A DNA stretch of 60,838 nt, counting the filler, from Basidiobolus ranarum (Eukaryota): NCBI GenBank assembly GCA_040143965.1. It is 11 parts of 11 records of this genome, joined end to end, with 100 filler letters (N's around TTAATTAATTAA, not from the genome) between each part and the next. Parts side by side here need not be neighbours in the genome. Positions count along the whole stretch, not along the records: positions 38,823 to 44,257 come from JASJQH010001600.1; positions 44,358 to 49,787 come from JASJQH010001601.1; positions 49,888 to 55,314 come from JASJQH010001602.1; 8 more parts are not named here. One strand, 5' to 3'. This document shows, in pieces, positions 38,723 through 52,700 of this stretch. Within the stretch, counting starts at the first letter, position 1. The number at the start of each line of letters is the position of its first letter. The notes under the pieces were generated by a model that had not been told where the DNA came from, did no database searches, and was given only the letters and a program-made list of their open reading frames with translations. The translations under genes were made by a program, and so were the position numbers.

Positions 38723-41700
38723 NNNNNNNNNNNNNNNNNNNNNNNNNNNNNNNNNNNNNNNNNNNNTTAATTAATTAANNNNNNNNNNNNNNNNNNNNNN
38801 NNNNNNNNNNNNNNNNNNNNNNTACAGCAGATGCTCTACCCTTTGATCTACCCTTGCAGTTAGCAAATACTCTTGGCCAGTCTTTACCTCAGCATGGACT
38901 ACTTGATCATGTCCAAGGGAATGCTGCAAAAGCTGGCCATACTCCATAAATCAAGCAGAGACAATAGATCGAAGATTAAATCAGCCTTCATAGGCCATTG
39001 AACAAGAACCACCCTCTTCACCAGATGAACTGGACGAGCCCAAATCTTCAGGCTCAAGGTGTTGAAGCTGTGATTGAAAATATAATATGTCACTTACTAA
39101 TACATTTGCCCTCACCTAATGCTTAATTTGTAGTCATTAATATCAAATATGAAGCAATAAACTATTTAGAGCCCCAAATTATGAGTAATTCTATTGCTTC
39201 CTTCTACAAAGGCGCTAGTAAGTTTTAGAAGTAGTGAGATTAATGCACATTTTGTGCTAACCATGTTATCCATATATTCAAAGGACAGCAAGCTACTCTA
39301 AGTGCCACAATATAATACAACAGTCAGACAAAGTAAAATGGCATTCAGTAAATGCTTTAATTAGAAAATCGTAGCATTTCACTCACTTATCATACAAATT
39401 TTATATAAAAACATATGCAATATATAACAGCAAGCAGATAAAGCAAGAGAGAATTCAATAAATAATAAGACCCAGGCATTTCTCTTACCTATGATCCAAA
39501 GTATATATAATAATGTAGCCTAATGTACAGCCAGATTCCTCACATAGGTATAGCTGAATTCTCCATGTATGTGATAATTTTAAGCAACTGACCATCCACT
39601 TATATTAAGGTATGCATTTCTGCAGACACAAAAACAGTCTCTGCTTGAAGTACTATACTTGGAAAAGCATAAGATAAATTATTTGTCAGTCCTACCGTGA
39701 GTTCCACATCAGCTCACTATGATATTTAAAAATCAAAGAACTTAGTAAGTGAGTGAATGATATACCTCTATTCCAACAAAGATCAATAGCTCAGTGTTAT
39801 CGGTGTGAAATACTCCATTTTGTTCTACATTAGCATTGCTATCAAAGTAACAAACAGGGTTTCTACAATCTCTCAAGTACAATTGATAACTACAATTTAC
39901 TGAATGCACACAATTTTTGCTCAATATTGATTACTCATCACTGATACAATACTATGGCTCAGAGCTAATATGATGGTAACACCCTGATTACCTGTATGCA
40001 TTTGACCAGTCATTAATATCTGGATGGAATCTTGGCCATAACTGATAATATCAATTGACTTGTAATACATTGCTGGAAAACCAAGGAATTCTTGTTGAGA
40101 ATCTTTTCTCTAACAAAGGAGCATTTGCTGTAATTTGGCTTGAAAGCAAATCCTATTCTTCAGCCAACCCTCCAAATCAGGCGTGTATTTGCATCATGAC
40201 ATTTCATAAGCAACATTGCTTGATGACACCTTGATATATCTTTAGGCATTGTGTTTCCTATATGTGTTCAATAAACAGGTAATTGTAATAAATGTGGAGG
40301 GGTTTATATTTTAATTGTATTAGAAAAGGTAACAATGTAGCAGTGAATACTATTACCCAATGATTTGGGAATAATAGATACTAGGAAATTATGATAACAA
40401 AGCATAGCAAGTGACTATGATGAATAATGGATACTAAGTGGTTTTGGTAAACAATTGATTCTTCCTGGAATACAAGTTATATAGAATTCTGGCTACTCTG
40501 CCAAGTTAACAAAAGAGTTAACTAATCAAAGATTGAGCCACAGGTTATAGTTTTGGATAGAATTAGTGTAGAGTCAGTTATGATTCCTGCAAAGACTGGC
40601 AATATGGTTGAAAAAAAATTTGAGTTCCACTCTATTATTCATCCAACAATTGTCTGTAGCTAATCCTAGTCATTGATTAGCTCTTGAAATGATGTTGCTA
40701 GTGACTGAAGTGCTTTGTCTATGCTAATCTTTCTTGTATCAAGTGGTGACTTGAGAGATTGCAAGAAGTTAATAATACTTACACAGTAACATGTCATCCC
40801 AGTAAAACAAGTAGCTGTATTGCATTGAAACAATCCCTTCAAGCAAAGTTAGCATGTAACAATGCTCACTATCAAATAAGTAATTTAGTGTATGGCTCAA
40901 AAACCAAGAAATTTGCATTTTTCAACTACTGTAATAATAGCAAGCAGTTGCTATCATCATTTGTGTTTCTAATACATATTATTTCTTGTCACCATACCCT
41001 TCATTGTAAGTTAGGATTTTTTAGAACTTTGTAGAATCTCCTTTAAGTATGCCTATACCACTTGTTTCTTAGTGCCATTCCTTTCATTGTTTTTCTGTAT
41101 ACATTAGCACTTTATAATCCCTCCTTTATGCTTTTCTCATACTCATTATTTCTTGGTGTTATACCTTTTGTTTTTTATCAATAGGCTCTTGCCCTTTGTA
41201 GACTCTTTTTAAGTGTTGCCAGTACTCCGTATTTCTAGGTACTATGGCAGTTTCATCAGTTAGTGGTCTGGTACTCTATACATAGCTAATAATGTCATGA
41301 TCTGTAAGATATCTTGGTTGATGAAAAAGTAGTTATTGACTGCTATATTTTACAAATCTCTTTAATAAATTTATGTTGGGAAAGTTGATGCAAAAGATCA
41401 AAGTGACCAAGTACACAAGTTAATATTGAAGCAATGTATCCTAGAATTAGATATGATCCCAGCTCTGAGACATCAGTCCCAGCAGAGAAATTGTTGCACA
41501 CTATTGACTTGCAAACTCAATCAACCAGACTTGAAAAAGAACTCATCATTGTGAGAAAAGAAAAGAGCAATATTGCTTCAGGAAAATATGCATACATCCT
41601 TCTAGTTAACATAATCATGATTTGGTGCATTTGTCAACAAATAATGACATGCAACTTTGATATGAGTAAGGAATTGGGTGGTACCAATCCTTTTGCCAAC

Positions 41701-43685
41701 ACTATGCAGCTCCCTTTTGATGGAACACATCTTCAGGAGTATATTAATAGACCTACTGGATGAATATTAACCACAACTAGATATATACCTCCCAGAAACT
41801 TACTCTTCTCCAGTAGAATCTGCTTTGGCAGCCATTTATGTTTGTACCTCATCTTTGCTTGGCAACATCACAGTGAAGGCCTTGTTCCTTTTCTTCTTTT
41901 GCCCAACCTTTGCTAAGAACAAAAATGGGATCAATTGCATTGGCTAGGACTCCTCCAGCAGTACTGCTGTCAACACTGCACCTTACTGCAAAGTATATGT
42001 CTGATGGGAATTAGTAATAAACTGTTCAAACATTCTTACATATTCATTAAATCTATCTTCCATACCTGCAGGTACAGTTTTCAAAGTAGCTGGAAAGATA
42101 ATTACTTGTTTTGGCTAATATTTCCTTCTTGTTTTTTTTAACCATTAACACTTTTCTTGGTTGCTTTATGCACATTGATTTATAGTCTTGAATGCTGAGT
42201 CCCAACCAAGTATAATCATATTGAAATAATGAGTTAACTTCTACAAGAGTTACCTTGATGTATCGGCCAACAAGGGTCATTCAAGTGAGTAGGTGTTATT
42301 ATCTATTTCAGATATGTTTGCCTTTCCAAGTGATTTTTACTTTTTCTATGTGCTTAGCAAACCCTAATTTCAACATAAAATAGGCCTCCACTATCACCCA
42401 TCCCCTATCATCCTAGTTTGGAACTCTTCTTGAAATAATCTCCAACTATCACACAGTCAAAAGACACTTCATTACAAATAATGCTAACCAAGTAATACTA
42501 TCCTTGATATTTCAGCTTTTAACCTTAAGTTATCTGAGTGCTGGATGCTATATTTACTCTTTGTTGGAATTTTAATTGATATTGCCAAATTTACCCTGTC
42601 CATATACAGTAACAAACATCAGTTATTCTAACCATAAACAGGAAATTTGAAGGGAATAGTTCAAGAGAATGATATCATCTGTATTCCTGATATCTACCAG
42701 AAGTGTATCACTTCCTAGCAACAATCAAAAACCAATTGGTATTTTCACCAATCACAATATCTGATTATGTTAATCTGAACTTTACAGGAGGCAAGAGGAG
42801 TGCTTGTTGCAAAACTGATCATTGATATTAAAGAGCATTCTCAGATAATCAACAATGTAATTGGTAAAGGCTGAGTGACCAGAATATGCTACTCTATATG
42901 CACCATTCTTGTGCCTGCCTTCATTAAGCCACTTTGTTATGAAAATAGAAATCTTGTTTGTTAAGAAAAAGAAAAGTGAGATTTAACATTTGAATACACT
43001 AGCACACGATAATTACCCTCTTTGCCATAGCTGTTGAAGCAAAGGCTTGTAAAATGTGCACACTACCGTAAGGCTGAGGAACGGATGCTGTTTCTATCAA
43101 TGCACAAATTGTGGCTCTACAGTTGCTTCATCTGGCATTAGCTGATGATGAGTACAAGGAGCAGTAATTTTCGCTTTATCTACACTTTCAGGCAGGTTTT
43201 ATATATTACAAATAGCTTGTATTAATAATAATGTTATGTAACTACCACCACTAGCGCCAACTGCTAAAGATGGATATCCGTTGGTCTCTACTATGGTCGA
43301 TGCACCAGCGGATGCTGTTCCTTTGAAGTTGATAAAATCAACCGTGCGATTGCCCATTACTCTTCATGGTTGAATACATGCTTATAGCTTTTACCTGAAA
43401 GTATTCTAGTTTTTGATAGAAGAGGCGATTACTGAGTTTCTCTCCCATTATGACTAGTTTCACAGAATATCATTGATTATTGCGTAGAAAATAGGTAAAT
43501 ACCACCATGTCTACTGGAAGGTGCAGCTAAGTACCATATAATTGCCCACCCATATGCTGACAGACTTGCAAACTCTTGTTAAGTTTATTTCCACACTTTT
43601 TTTGTCAGAAATTCAAGAGAGTATTGTTTTCTATACTGGCAATTGTTTGCTATATCCTAACCTTGCGTATAGGCATAAACAACGT

Positions 43686-43755
43686 CTTAAATATTTATTA
43701 CCTAGTAGAGAGGGCTCTAACCTTAAATATTTATTACCTAGTAGAGAGGGCTCTA
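43686..43755. repeat. Tandem duplication with 36-bp period (34-bp perfect copies)
   Basis: CTTAAATATTTATTACCTAGTAGAGAGGGCTCTA at 43686 and 43722. Confidence 0.97.
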
Positions 43756-43896
43756 TATTCCATTCATAATGCAAGTGACAGCTCCTGTGATATATGTTAC
43801 TCTCACATATATTATAGCAAGAAATTGAATTAACTCTACGTCTTGGATATACATATATATATTTATTTATTATCATTATACTAGAGATTATTTTTC

Positions 43897-44257
43897 TTAA
43901 AGACTTAGGAACACCTTAATGGCATTATCCGCGGTAGATTTGGCACTGGCTGGGTTTGCACCAGTCACAACCCGACCATCCACTTGTGAAAAGTCAGCAA
44001 ATGGAGTAGGTGGTGCTACATATTTGGCTCCGACTTCAGCTGCTCCCTCCTCAATGGTTGCCACGTTGGCTGATTTAATGATGTCAAGTAGGTCTAGCAT
44101 AATTTCTCCCTCTGTAGTAAACCCAGTCACGGTCTTGCCTGCAATAATAGATTTACCAGTGTTACTGTCTATAATCCCAGGCAATATGGCGGGTCCGTGA
44201 CATACGGCAGAGACAACACCTCCACGCTTGTAAATATCCTCAGCAATATGCTGTAAA
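43897..44257 (-). CDS. DJ-1/PfpI family Hsp31-like glyoxalase III, C-terminal half, 5' truncated
   Basis: GGVVSAVCHGPA (catalytic Cys-His), GKTVTGFT..GE, DGRVVTGANPASA. Confidence 0.93.
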
Positions 44258-44357
44258 NNNNNNNNNNNNNNNNNNNNNNNNNNNNNNNNNNNNNNNNNNN
44301 NTTAATTAATTAANNNNNNNNNNNNNNNNNNNNNNNNNNNNNNNNNNNNNNNNNNNN

Positions 44358-47300
44358 ATAAGGTACAGTAGTTTGTTGCTTAATTCCATGTTTAGAGCAA
44401 AAACTAGTAAAGTCTTTAGAGCAGTATTCTCCACCATTATCACTCCTTAGTACCCTTATTTTTTGTGCTGATTCTTTCTCTACCATTGCTTTGTAGTGCT
44501 TGAACGCGGCTAAGGCTTCAGATTTTGATTTGAGAAAGAATAGCCAAGTATATCTTGTTTTGTCATCAATAAAGGTCATAAAATCCCTTTTCCCACCCAG
44601 TGAGACATTTTTCATGGGCCCACATAGGTCAGAATGAATCAGGGAAAAATTCTGAGTGGATTTGCACTCTCCAGAGCTTGAAAATGGCTGTCTGTGATGT
44701 TTTCCATATATGCAACCTTCACACAGATCCAATTTGGTGATATTTCCAATTTCCAAGCCAGAAACAAGCTGATTTCGGATCATTTGGGTCAGTTTTTGTT
44801 CCCCAATATGGCCTAATCTTCTATGCCACGTTTGACAACTTATTTCACCAGTTTTGGCCAGCATGATCTAGTTCTCTTCTTCTAGATGTCCATTCAGAAA
44901 GGCTGTTTTTACATCCATTTGATGTAGATCAAGGCCATGGATGGCTGAGAGTGCCAGGATTGATCCAATGGAGCCAAAATTAGCTACTGGAGCAAATGTT
45001 TCATAAAAATCAACTCCTGGGGTCTGGTAGTAGCCTTTTGCAACTAATCTTGCTTTGTATCTTTCTATGGTTCCAGCAGCTTGGTTTTTGGCTTTGTAGA
45101 CCCATTTGCAACCTATTGGCTTTCTCCCAGATGGAAGAGGACTGAAAACCCACGTTTTGTTGTCCTGAAGTGAAGAAAATTTGTCTGATGTAGCTTTTTC
45201 CCATAATTTTGATTCTGGAGACTCCAAAGCTAGTTCTGGAGCCTGTGGCTTGTCACAGAATGCTGGATAAGCATATACATCATCATTGGAAGTGTTCCAC
45301 CAGTTTCCTTGCTGATTTCTCCTTTTGGATGATCTTCTGGTCCTGAGTCATCCTTTGATGTAATTGGAACTGAAATTTTGGTTGGATAGGGCTCAGATAC
45401 AGCTGGAATTTTGCAGATACTTCCTGAATAGTGCTGATTGTGTTTTCTGGATCAAGAACGGTGATTTGAGGTGAAAAATTTGCTTTTCATAAAAGTCACA
45501 TCTCTGCACTTGGTTAACTTCTGATTTTTGGTATCAATCTGTCTATAGGCCTTGGATCCATCACAGTAATCAAGAAATATGCCTTGTCTGCTTTGGGGTT
45601 CCAATTTTGAGCATTTTTGAGCTGGAATTAGGCAATATGCTGTGCAACCAAAGATCCTGAGATGGTCCACACATGGTTTTGATTCATATAGGGCTTCAAG
45701 TGGAGTAGAATTTCTTTGCAATCTTGTTTGGCATGTGTTTTTGATATAGACTGCAGTGGAGACAGATTCAGCCCAATATTGGTAATCTAACTTTTGATCA
45801 TGTAACATTGATCTTGCCATCTCTACTATGGTCCTATTAGCACATTCTGCAACTCCATTTTGCTGTGGAGTATAAGGTACACTAGTTTGTTGCTTAATTC
45901 CATGTTTAGAGTAAAAACTAGCAAAATCTTTAGAGCAGTATTCTCCACCATTATCACTCCTTAGTACACTTATTTTTGTGCTAATTCTTTCTCTACCATT
46001 GCTTTGTAGTGCCTTAACATATCTAAGGCTTCAGATTTTGATTTGAGAAAAATTACCCAAGTATATCTTGTTTTGTCATCAATAAAGGTCATAAAGTATC
46101 TTTTCCCACCCAGTGAGATGCTTTTCATGGGCCCCCATAGGTCAGAATGAATCAGGGAAATATTCTGAGTGCATTTGATCTCTACAGTGCTTGAAAATGG
46201 CTGTCTGTGATGTTTTCAAAATACGCAACCTTCACACAGATCCAATTGAGTGATATTTACAATTTCAAAGCCCAAAACAAGCTCATTTTGGATCATTTGA
46301 GTCAGTTTTTGTTCCCTCATATGGCCTATTCTCCAATGCCATGTTTGACAACTTATTTCACCAGTTTTGGCCAAGTTTGCCTGCTCAGAGTGCAACTTGT
46401 TGATTTCTAGCTTATACAAGTTTTGAGTTTTGATCCCAGTAGCTAAATTGGTCTTATTCTGATCTGTGATAGTGCATCCAGCCTTACTAAACATGAAATT
46501 TAATCCTTGAGTTGTTGCTTGGTTTACAGAGAGTAGATTCTTGGCTATATTAGGTACATAGAGTACATCATCTAATTTTGCAGATGGTGTAGCTGAATTT
46601 TGGTCTAAATTAAGTACAACTGTGCCCTTACCAACTGTATCTAGTGCATAGTCATCACCCAAGTAGACTTTCCTTGTTTGGATTGGTTTTAAGCTGGAAA
46701 ACCAATCTATCCTGTTTGACATATGCTGGGAAGCTCCTGAATCAATTTACCACATTTCTGAGTCTTCTTTAGTAGTGACTGATAGGGCAGACAAAAATAG
46801 ATGATCTCTATTAGTGCTTACTTGATTTGCTTGTTCCAATTTAGCTTTTTGGCAAAAATCCTTTTCCTGTAATCTTTGATTAAATGGCCTGGTTTCTTGC
46901 AATACTTGCAGATGATTAATTTCCTAATAGGGGCACCATTATTGAAGACTGTTAGACATTTTACAGCTTCAGAAAACCCTAGTTCTACATTATTATGCTG
47001 AGAATTAGATCTCCTTAATTCTTCATTCAGAAGCCTAGCACCAACATATTCCATTGTTGATGGCTCTGATCTTGATTCTAGGACAATTATGAGGTTTCCA
47101 AACTCATCTGGCAGGCTCCCAAGTAGTGTCATGACTAAGTCATGTTCAATTAGAGGTGCTCCATTGGATGAGATCTGATCCGCTGTAGTTTTTATCCGCT
47201 TTATATGATTAAGCATAGAATCATCAGGATTCATCTGAATTGAGAATAATTTTTGCCTAAGATATAGCCTATTAGCCAGACCTTTAGTCTCATATAGTCC

Positions 47301-47420
47301 CTTAAGTGTTTCCCAAGTATTTTGGACATATTTGGCTGATTATATGTGCCTCAATTGAGTACCTCTGAGATGTAGACAAAGTGTAGAGAGTGCTTTCCTC
47401 TGAATCAGGGATCTTCTTAT
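44358..47420 (-). mobile_element. Degenerate Ty1/copia element: gag, protease, integrase, truncated RT, then a second integrase copy
   Basis: gag CKYCKKPGHLIKD; IDSGASQHM; WHRRLGH..CEGC..GK; IHSDLCGP; RSDNGGEY; RT YKARLVAKGY..PGVDF, HQMDVKTAFLNG. 44358-44860 is near-identical to 45872-46372. Confidence 0.95.
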
Positions 47421-48019
47421 ATTTTTAGTTAAAATGTCAAAGTTAATTTCCTATAGTGTTGTCAAGCATAATACATTCTGCATTGAGCTCTTTTGTTATG
47501 TATGTTTCATAAATTGATTTAGAACAAAATATGATTAACTTTCTTAATGCAGTTTATTATATCATTTCCTTGCAATTATGAATTATGGAAATAATTAGGA
47601 CAGTTATTGCAAACAAAAATTCTGTTACACAAACTTTAAGGAATTTGACCGTGACAATTGAAAATCTTATATAAATATCCTATGCAGGCCAGATTGATCT
47701 CTATTTTGCCAGGCTAAGACATGATTAGTAACATGCTCTCTATCAACTCTATATGGTCATTCCTCATTAATCCAAAAGCAACTACTGGCTCTCCTATCAC
47801 TAATGATGGTAGTAAAAGTGGGAGAAGCTTCCATGTCATCTTCAAGTAAGTGAGAATTATCTAACTTCAGTGAAGAATAATGTTGAATGTGCTTGGGACA
47901 AAAGATTTGGAGACTCTAATTTCCTTTCATTTCCCAGGGTATTTCCCAATAGAGTTGATATCAGAAATATTCTTGACAAATATCCTGTGAAAATTAACAG
48001 GCCCAAAAGCAACCAAAAG

Positions 48020-48742
48020 CTTTTCTATTCTGGCAAGTATACAGCACACTGTGGAGAGTTCCAGGTTCAGACAGATTTGGAAGGAATACATTCATAATCA
48101 AAGATATTTGTTGCGAGCTCTAGATTTAAGACACTATGAACAAAGCTTTCATCGTTTTTTCAATGTGCAATAATGTCTAAGATTAGTTTTTCTGAACATA
48201 CTACATAAGTAAAACTACTGTTTCTGAAGTGGTAAATAACATTGTGCCTGATAGTATGCAATTGAGCTAATTTGTGCTTAGACACTTTTCAGCTGGTCTG
48301 ATCTGGCTCAATAAAATGGAACAAGTCTAATATGAGATATATAGCACAATCAGGCACTATCACTGGGAACAAGTCCCTTGTTTAAAAATCATGAAGAATT
48401 GACCCAAACACTGGTCCATGATATTTTATTGACATCAATATCAAGCAACTGATGGTGTTTCTAACATATTTGATGACCTCCACTACAAGTAACTCTGTAG
48501 TAAGGGCTTTTTCAAAGGATGCTTTGACCATTCCTTTGCCATGGCACTTGATGGTTTCAACCAAGTCTGTGCTCCAGTAATTCTGCTTCATATAAATTTT
48601 CCATCAACTAAGTGTTAGAAGAGTCAGAATAATATTGTAGTCTCACTAATATCAAGCTAAAATCTCCTGGTAACATTTTGAGCTTTTACCACCTCTGATG
48701 GATGAATTCCATCTACTTTGCAATTATTGGGAAAATAAGGGC
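48020..48742 (+). mobile_element. Fossil CACTA/EnSpm-type transposase (Transposase_21/Tnp2-like) fragment
   Basis: Manual translation of 48451-48735: NIFDDLHYK*LCSKGFF..DHSFAMALDGFNQV..PVILLHINFPS..SQNNIVVSLI..SPGNILSF/LPPLMDEFHLL, matching the family pattern L..DGFNPF, PV.L..YNLPP, PG.....FL.PL.DEL..L; upstream HCGE motif is weaker. Confidence 0.7.
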
Positions 48743-49787
48743 TGTTTGGAAGAACTTTAGAAAAGCGGAGTTGTGAATAGCTTTGTGAGATAAATTATTT
48801 ATTGTCCAGAAATAAAGCATTAATACATTTTGGTAAAAATACAGAAAACTAACACTGGGGTTTTGTTCAGAACATCTGTGGGAGTAAAATGAGCTATCTT
48901 TGGGGCAATTTGGACAAGTTTGAAATTTCTAATATGGAATTGCTAATTCTCACAGTATTCATATAAATATATATATAATAAATGTTCCAATTTTCTGCTA
49001 AGTGATATTTGACTAAGTAATGTTAGCTAACTTATATGTGATATATGAAATAGTTAGGTGTATAAAGATAGAGATAACAAATAAGATGAAAACTAACACT
49101 GGGGTTGTGTTCCAAACATCTTTGATAGTAAAATGAGCTATATTTGGGGCAATTTAGACAAGTTTGAAATTTCCAGTATGGAATTGCTAATGCTCACATT
49201 ATTCACATATATATAAAATATGTTCCAATGTGCAGTTAAGTGATATTTAGCCAAGTCATCTTAACTAACTTATATGTGATATACAAAGTAGTTAGGTGCA
49301 TAAAGATAGAGATAACAAATATGATGAAGACAACAAACTTCAACACTCCCATCCAACTAAATATTTGTAGATCTTAATCCTAACTTAAAGCATAATTCTT
49401 GAAATTTTGGCTTTGGTAACAAATTGGGAAGTATGTTAGCAATTATATCCCCAGTTGAACAGTAATCTAATTGGACATGCTTGTTTCAATTGCTTCCATA
49501 ACAAAGTGGTGTTGTATAACAATGTGCTTACTTCTAGCATGAAATGTGGGATATTTAGCTAAAGCAATACAACTTTGATTATCCTTGAAAATTATGGTGG
49601 GTGAACTTTGAAAAATTCCCAAGTCTTTGAACAATTTCCTTAACCACATAGCCTCCTTTGTTGTATGTGATGCTGCCATGAACTCTGCTTCAGTTGTTGA
49701 AAGTGCTATGGTGGGTTGTTTCTTGCTATTCCAAGATATGGCTGCCTTCAATATAGAGAAAGGTAAGTCCAGTGATAGATCTTCTCT
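48743..49787 (-). mobile_element. Ty1/copia 3' end: RNase H, PPT and family A LTR (48743..49345) with an internal ~244-bp duplication
   Basis: AISWNSKKQPTIALSTTEAEF...FHARSKHI; PPT TTGGATGGGAG; LTR begins TGTTGAAG at 49345 and matches 5005-5360. Confidence 0.93.
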
Positions 49788-52700
49788 NNNNNNNNNNNNN
49801 NNNNNNNNNNNNNNNNNNNNNNNNNNNNNNNTTAATTAATTAANNNNNNNNNNNNNNNNNNNNNNNNNNNNNNNNNNNNNNNNNNNNTAATAAAGCCAGT
49901 CACATGGCTGACACGAATAGTTATTTCTGGTTGAGTAATGTGAGATTAACAATGGTCTAGTTTCATCTAACACTCTCATGGCTGTCAAGCTCGCGCTATC
50001 GGTGAATCCACACATTCTCTATTGAAGTATACAACTACTATTCAGGTGGAAAGTGAAGTGTCTAAAAGTATGGCGAAATGTTTGTTATGAAGTGTGAACA
50101 TACAGCAGGAATATTTCCCCAGATCCCTTGACTCCTGAATAGATGACCCAGTACACAAACAAATCCCATTTGGAAATACTGTCTCTAATCAGCCACTACA
50201 ATCGAGCGGCATGTGAAAGCTTGTCTAAGGTGAACGCTCGTCCAACGTGAATTGGCTCTATACTCGTGGACTACTTGGCTGAATCAGTGTGAAAGTAGCA
50301 TATTGAATCTGTACTCGAAACGCTCAAATAACATATTACTCAAGTAGTCTTTAGAATTGAATCAGTATGGAAGCAATTCGGTGACACGTAGATTCCGTTC
50401 TACCATGAATCCACTCACGAGAAATACCTCGGTTAAACCTTCGGTTGAATAAAAAGGGATTTTCTATTCAATTGAGAGAAAGAGGAGAATAAATATCCTG
50501 TGACTGTCTCACGAGATAGCAAACCAGATTATACACAGATATTGAGTTACCATTCCAAAACTGGTTTACCTAATCATTAGAATCTTTGGCGCGTGACTCA
50601 ATAGTGCTTCCTCATAAATGGAAACCAAGCAGAACTCCATCTGCTCAGCTGACCTTGACCCTGTTTATGTAATATATGCCCTGGTGCTAAGGATTTTCAT
50701 GTCTATTCTGTCAGTCGAAAGGAAATTTAAAGAAACCCAAATGTGGGTTGAAGAGACGCTTAAATGTATGGCGTCTTTAGTTGCGAAATCATCTCTAGAA
50801 ACCTCTCTTTTTTTGTAAGCTAGAGGAGCTTTACCAGAGATGGTCATTTGTACTGACTAACATAAGCTGCTTGTCCTATGCTACCAAGCACGCGACAGAG
50901 TTTAATCTCATCTCATCCCAGATCAGGCCTGTCCCATTTCTCCTGGAAATAAATGAATATGAGACTGTTTCGGATGGCTTGGTGTGAATGAATCTAATGG
51001 CAATAAACCATAAGCGTACAATTGCGGGTATAGTTATGGATATAACTATGGGTAATACAACATCAATTATCACTTGGTTGATTGTTTCATGATGCGAAAG
51101 CACAATTGTAGTCAACATCAAACACTCTACATAAATACTTGACCTCATGAAGAAACCTACCACTACAAACGTACATGAAGAACACATGGACCTAGTTTGC
51201 TTCATCTTAGAGAACTTGTGGAAGGTGTTTATTGTATTTTTCCAGCTCATGAATTCAGCGTGAAGTATTCCTTGGTCAAAAAGCACTCTATTAAATCTAA
51301 ATTAATTTCATTTCGAACCTTGTATTTACGTACAGGAAGCACTTGTATAATAAACCATGTCTTTATTCTTGACAGCTCTTCCAAGCTGTTATTTACAGGG
51401 TTTACTAGCCTAAGCACCCTTGTACTTGATGGGAGAAAGGCCTATATTATGAATCCAACCGTGATACAATAATAATAAATTATTAATCAAGGAGTGATTT
51501 GTATATCCCGCTGCTGGTCTCGTGTTAATGTCTGTTACATGGTACAACGATTAATCTGTACAACGAAAACCAATTTTCTTCTCACTTTATACAAGTACCA
51601 CACTTGAACAGAGCCACACTTTCTCGAGCTTTGAACCGTGCTAAACTATTATTTATATCGATTTTTCTTACTATATTCTTTTGTATAGCTTTATTTACTC
51701 TCTATTTATCTAATATGCAACATGGTTTGTGTATAGTAAGGCAAAATTGTTCTTGGAAGAGTATTAGTTTAACGTACTATGCAGGATGGTGTCCTCCAGC
51801 CCCTACATTCTGATACATTGGTCAGATCTGTGTTCCTCAAGCACTTCTGCTTCCCTTTATTTCTTACACTTTCGCTAAACAATGACTTGTATTAGTAATT
51901 GTGCTTATTAGTACTTTTTCTTGACTATTAATCAATGAGCTACATATGCTGACGAAATATCTTTCTATTTTCACCTTATCCAAGCCTATGCTTTGTTTGT
52001 CAATCGTGCTTTCTTGATTTGAATACGGATGATCAAGAAACCAGAGAACTTATATTGCATATGAGGTTTTGAGCATGTAATCCCAGATATATTTACATCT
52101 TTGCTGTTTTAGGTGACAAAAAGACTATTATCATATTGCCACATGAGCAGTAAGTCTCAGTCTTTTCAAATCCTGATCTTGGGGGCACTGTTGTAGTGCT
52201 GCACTATGTGCAAACACTATACTGCACAAAATCACTAATCATTCAGTTCAATTCTATTGAAAAGGAAGAACACATTGGTAGAAATGCAAAAAGAAGCAAC
52301 ATTTATGATTGATAACAGCAGCACATATATATACTATTTGAAAATCAACAAAACTTCGGAATTGGCTCATCTACAGATATCCTAACTACAGAGGTTCCAT
52401 TGATCCATAACGTAGCCTCGAACTTTTCACAGAATATTGTCCTCCCCTAAGCTTTGCACACATACAAAAATGATTTGATTTGAAATCAGACTGCGAGGTG
52501 CACTAGTAACATGATGATAGTAGACGTTCTGAACGAGGCAATAGTGGTGGCCAGTTAGTGATGGCTAGTTGATATTAACGGATGTGGGTGATGAGGTGAC
52601 AGTCAGATCATGTTAAATGTTGCAGACAATGCTGTTAATGGTAGGTTGGTGATATTAAAGGCAATAAATGAGGATGTGATCGTGAGCAAACGAGAATTAT

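Noticed and set aside
42370..42410. GDSGG serine-protease motif on the minus strand
   Set aside because: Isolated five-residue match flanked by stops, with no His/Asp motifs; kept only as part of the fossil-block finding.
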